Shown: in pieces, positions 63,068-64,000 of the stretch
Numbering within the stretch: the stretch's first letter is position 1
Layout of the letters: every line of letters begins with the position of its first letter
Assembly: GCA_012026655.1 (NCBI GenBank)
Contig: JAAILG010000373.1
Coordinates: forward strand, 1-64,000
Direction of reading: 5' to 3'
Source of the DNA: Hydrolagus affinis
Taxonomy: Eukaryota
Length of the DNA stretch: 64,000 nt
Made by a program: the position numbers and the translations under genes
Notes under the pieces: generated by a model
The model's database searches: none
Told to the model about the DNA's origin: nothing
Seen by the model: the letters and a program-made list of their open reading frames with translations, nothing else

Positions 63068-63380
63068 GGAACCCCTGCAGCTCAGTGGTTAAAGCGCTCG
63101 CCTTGCAAGCGTGAGATTTGCGTTCGAATCCAGGCAGGTCAGGGCAAAGTTTTTTTTACTCACACGCTTAATAATAATCCCTCAAAAAAAAACACAATAA
63201 TAAAATTGGTCATTTCAATCCACGATCGTTTGTGGGACACTGCTGTGCACAATTGGCTGCCACATTTCACCCACAAATATGCAGTCAATGCACTTTAGAG
63301 TATATTCTGTGAAGCGCTTTGAGATGTCGATAAGATGTGAAAAGCGCTAATATCAAATGCAAGGATTATTATTATTATTA
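63068..63380 (+). mobile_element. tRNA-derived SINE, full length
   Basis: A box, B box GTTCGAATCC, family body and (TAT)n tail. Confidence 0.9.
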
Positions 63381-63402
63381 GATTATATATTATATCTAGG
63401 TA

Positions 63403-63643
63403 GATGCAGCAGCCAATTTACACACAGCCATAAAGTGAATGACCATCTGGTTGATTGTTGATCAGGATTCCTGAAGAAACATGCGTCTCCTCAACATGGG
63501 ATCTTTCACATCCATCTGAGCAGACAGATTGTACCTCAGTTTAATGTCTGAACGATGGCCTTTCTGACAAATGTAGAGCTCCCTCCCTCCAGCCCAATCT
63601 GGGACTTGAGCCAACAAGCTTCTAACCCAGAGACAAGGGCATT
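63403..63643 (-). mobile_element. Deu-domain SINE relic (AmnSINE1/SacSINE1-like)
   Basis: CATGGGATCTTTCACATCCATCTGAGCAGACAG..CCTCAGTTTAATGTCT resembles, from recall, the reverse-complement Deu domain; not aligned to a database. Confidence 0.6.
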
Positions 63644-63644
63644 G

Positions 63645-63950
63645 CAACAACAGTAACAACAACAACAACAACAACAACAAAACTACATTTGTAGAGTGCC
63701 TTTCACGTCGGGAGGATGTCCCATGGTGCTGGACAGTCAGGAATCAAGATCCGAGCATGGGTGAGGGAGCAGAGAGGAAGGAGGGCAGCTGAAGGCATGG
63801 TCGAAGAGGAAAGTCTTGAGACTGGTCTTGAAGGAGGCAAGGGAGGGAGCAAGGAGAAGGGATTGTGGGATGGAGTTCCAAAGTGTGGGGGCAGAGGGGC
63901 TGAAAGCCCGGCTACTGATGGTGGGGCAAGTTAGGCGGGAGACACTAACA
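63645..63950 (-). mobile_element. L2-type LINE 3' end with a long (CAA)n tail
   Basis: (CAA)n-CTACATTTGTAGAGTGCCTTTCACGTCGGGAGGATGTCCC...CTTGAAGGAGGCAAGGG..GGAGTTCCA. Confidence 0.75.
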
Positions 63951-64000
63951 ACTGAGTCAGACTCTAATTAAATTAGAAAACAATAATAAGTTTATTTTCC

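Overview
Vertebrate genomic DNA, not prokaryotic. The compact introns and the repeat landscape (tRNA-derived SINEs with L2-type tails, Deu-domain SINE relics, CR1/L2 LINE ends) suggest a cartilaginous fish such as a chimaera; the species is inference. The window covers the conserved SMC4-TRIM59-KPNA4-ARL14 block. SMC4 (+) has 23 coding exons (about 1299 aa) and hosts the miR-15b/miR-16-2 cluster in an intron. TRIM59 (-) has a single coding exon. KPNA4/importin alpha-3 (-) has 17 exons (521 aa) and hosts the C/D scaRNA SCARNA7/U90 in intron 12. ARL14 (-) is intronless. Exon boundaries were read by hand from GT/AG sites and reading-frame continuity. The most unusual items are: (1) a Tigger/pogo-type element in KPNA4 intron 10 carrying a ~450 bp head-to-head inverted duplication of a Jerky-like transposase 5' end, which would form a long hairpin in the host pre-mRNA; (2) nine CCAAT boxes upstream of KPNA4, mostly on a 32-bp period and interleaved with RFX-like half-sites; (3) a 6-nt micro-exon or recursive splice site upstream of TRIM59; (4) a 91-bp near-perfect direct duplication 3.1 kb apart. 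Most short ORFs in the supplied track are exon overhangs, repeats or low-complexity artefacts. There are two assembly gaps (29235-29382, 29738-29837).
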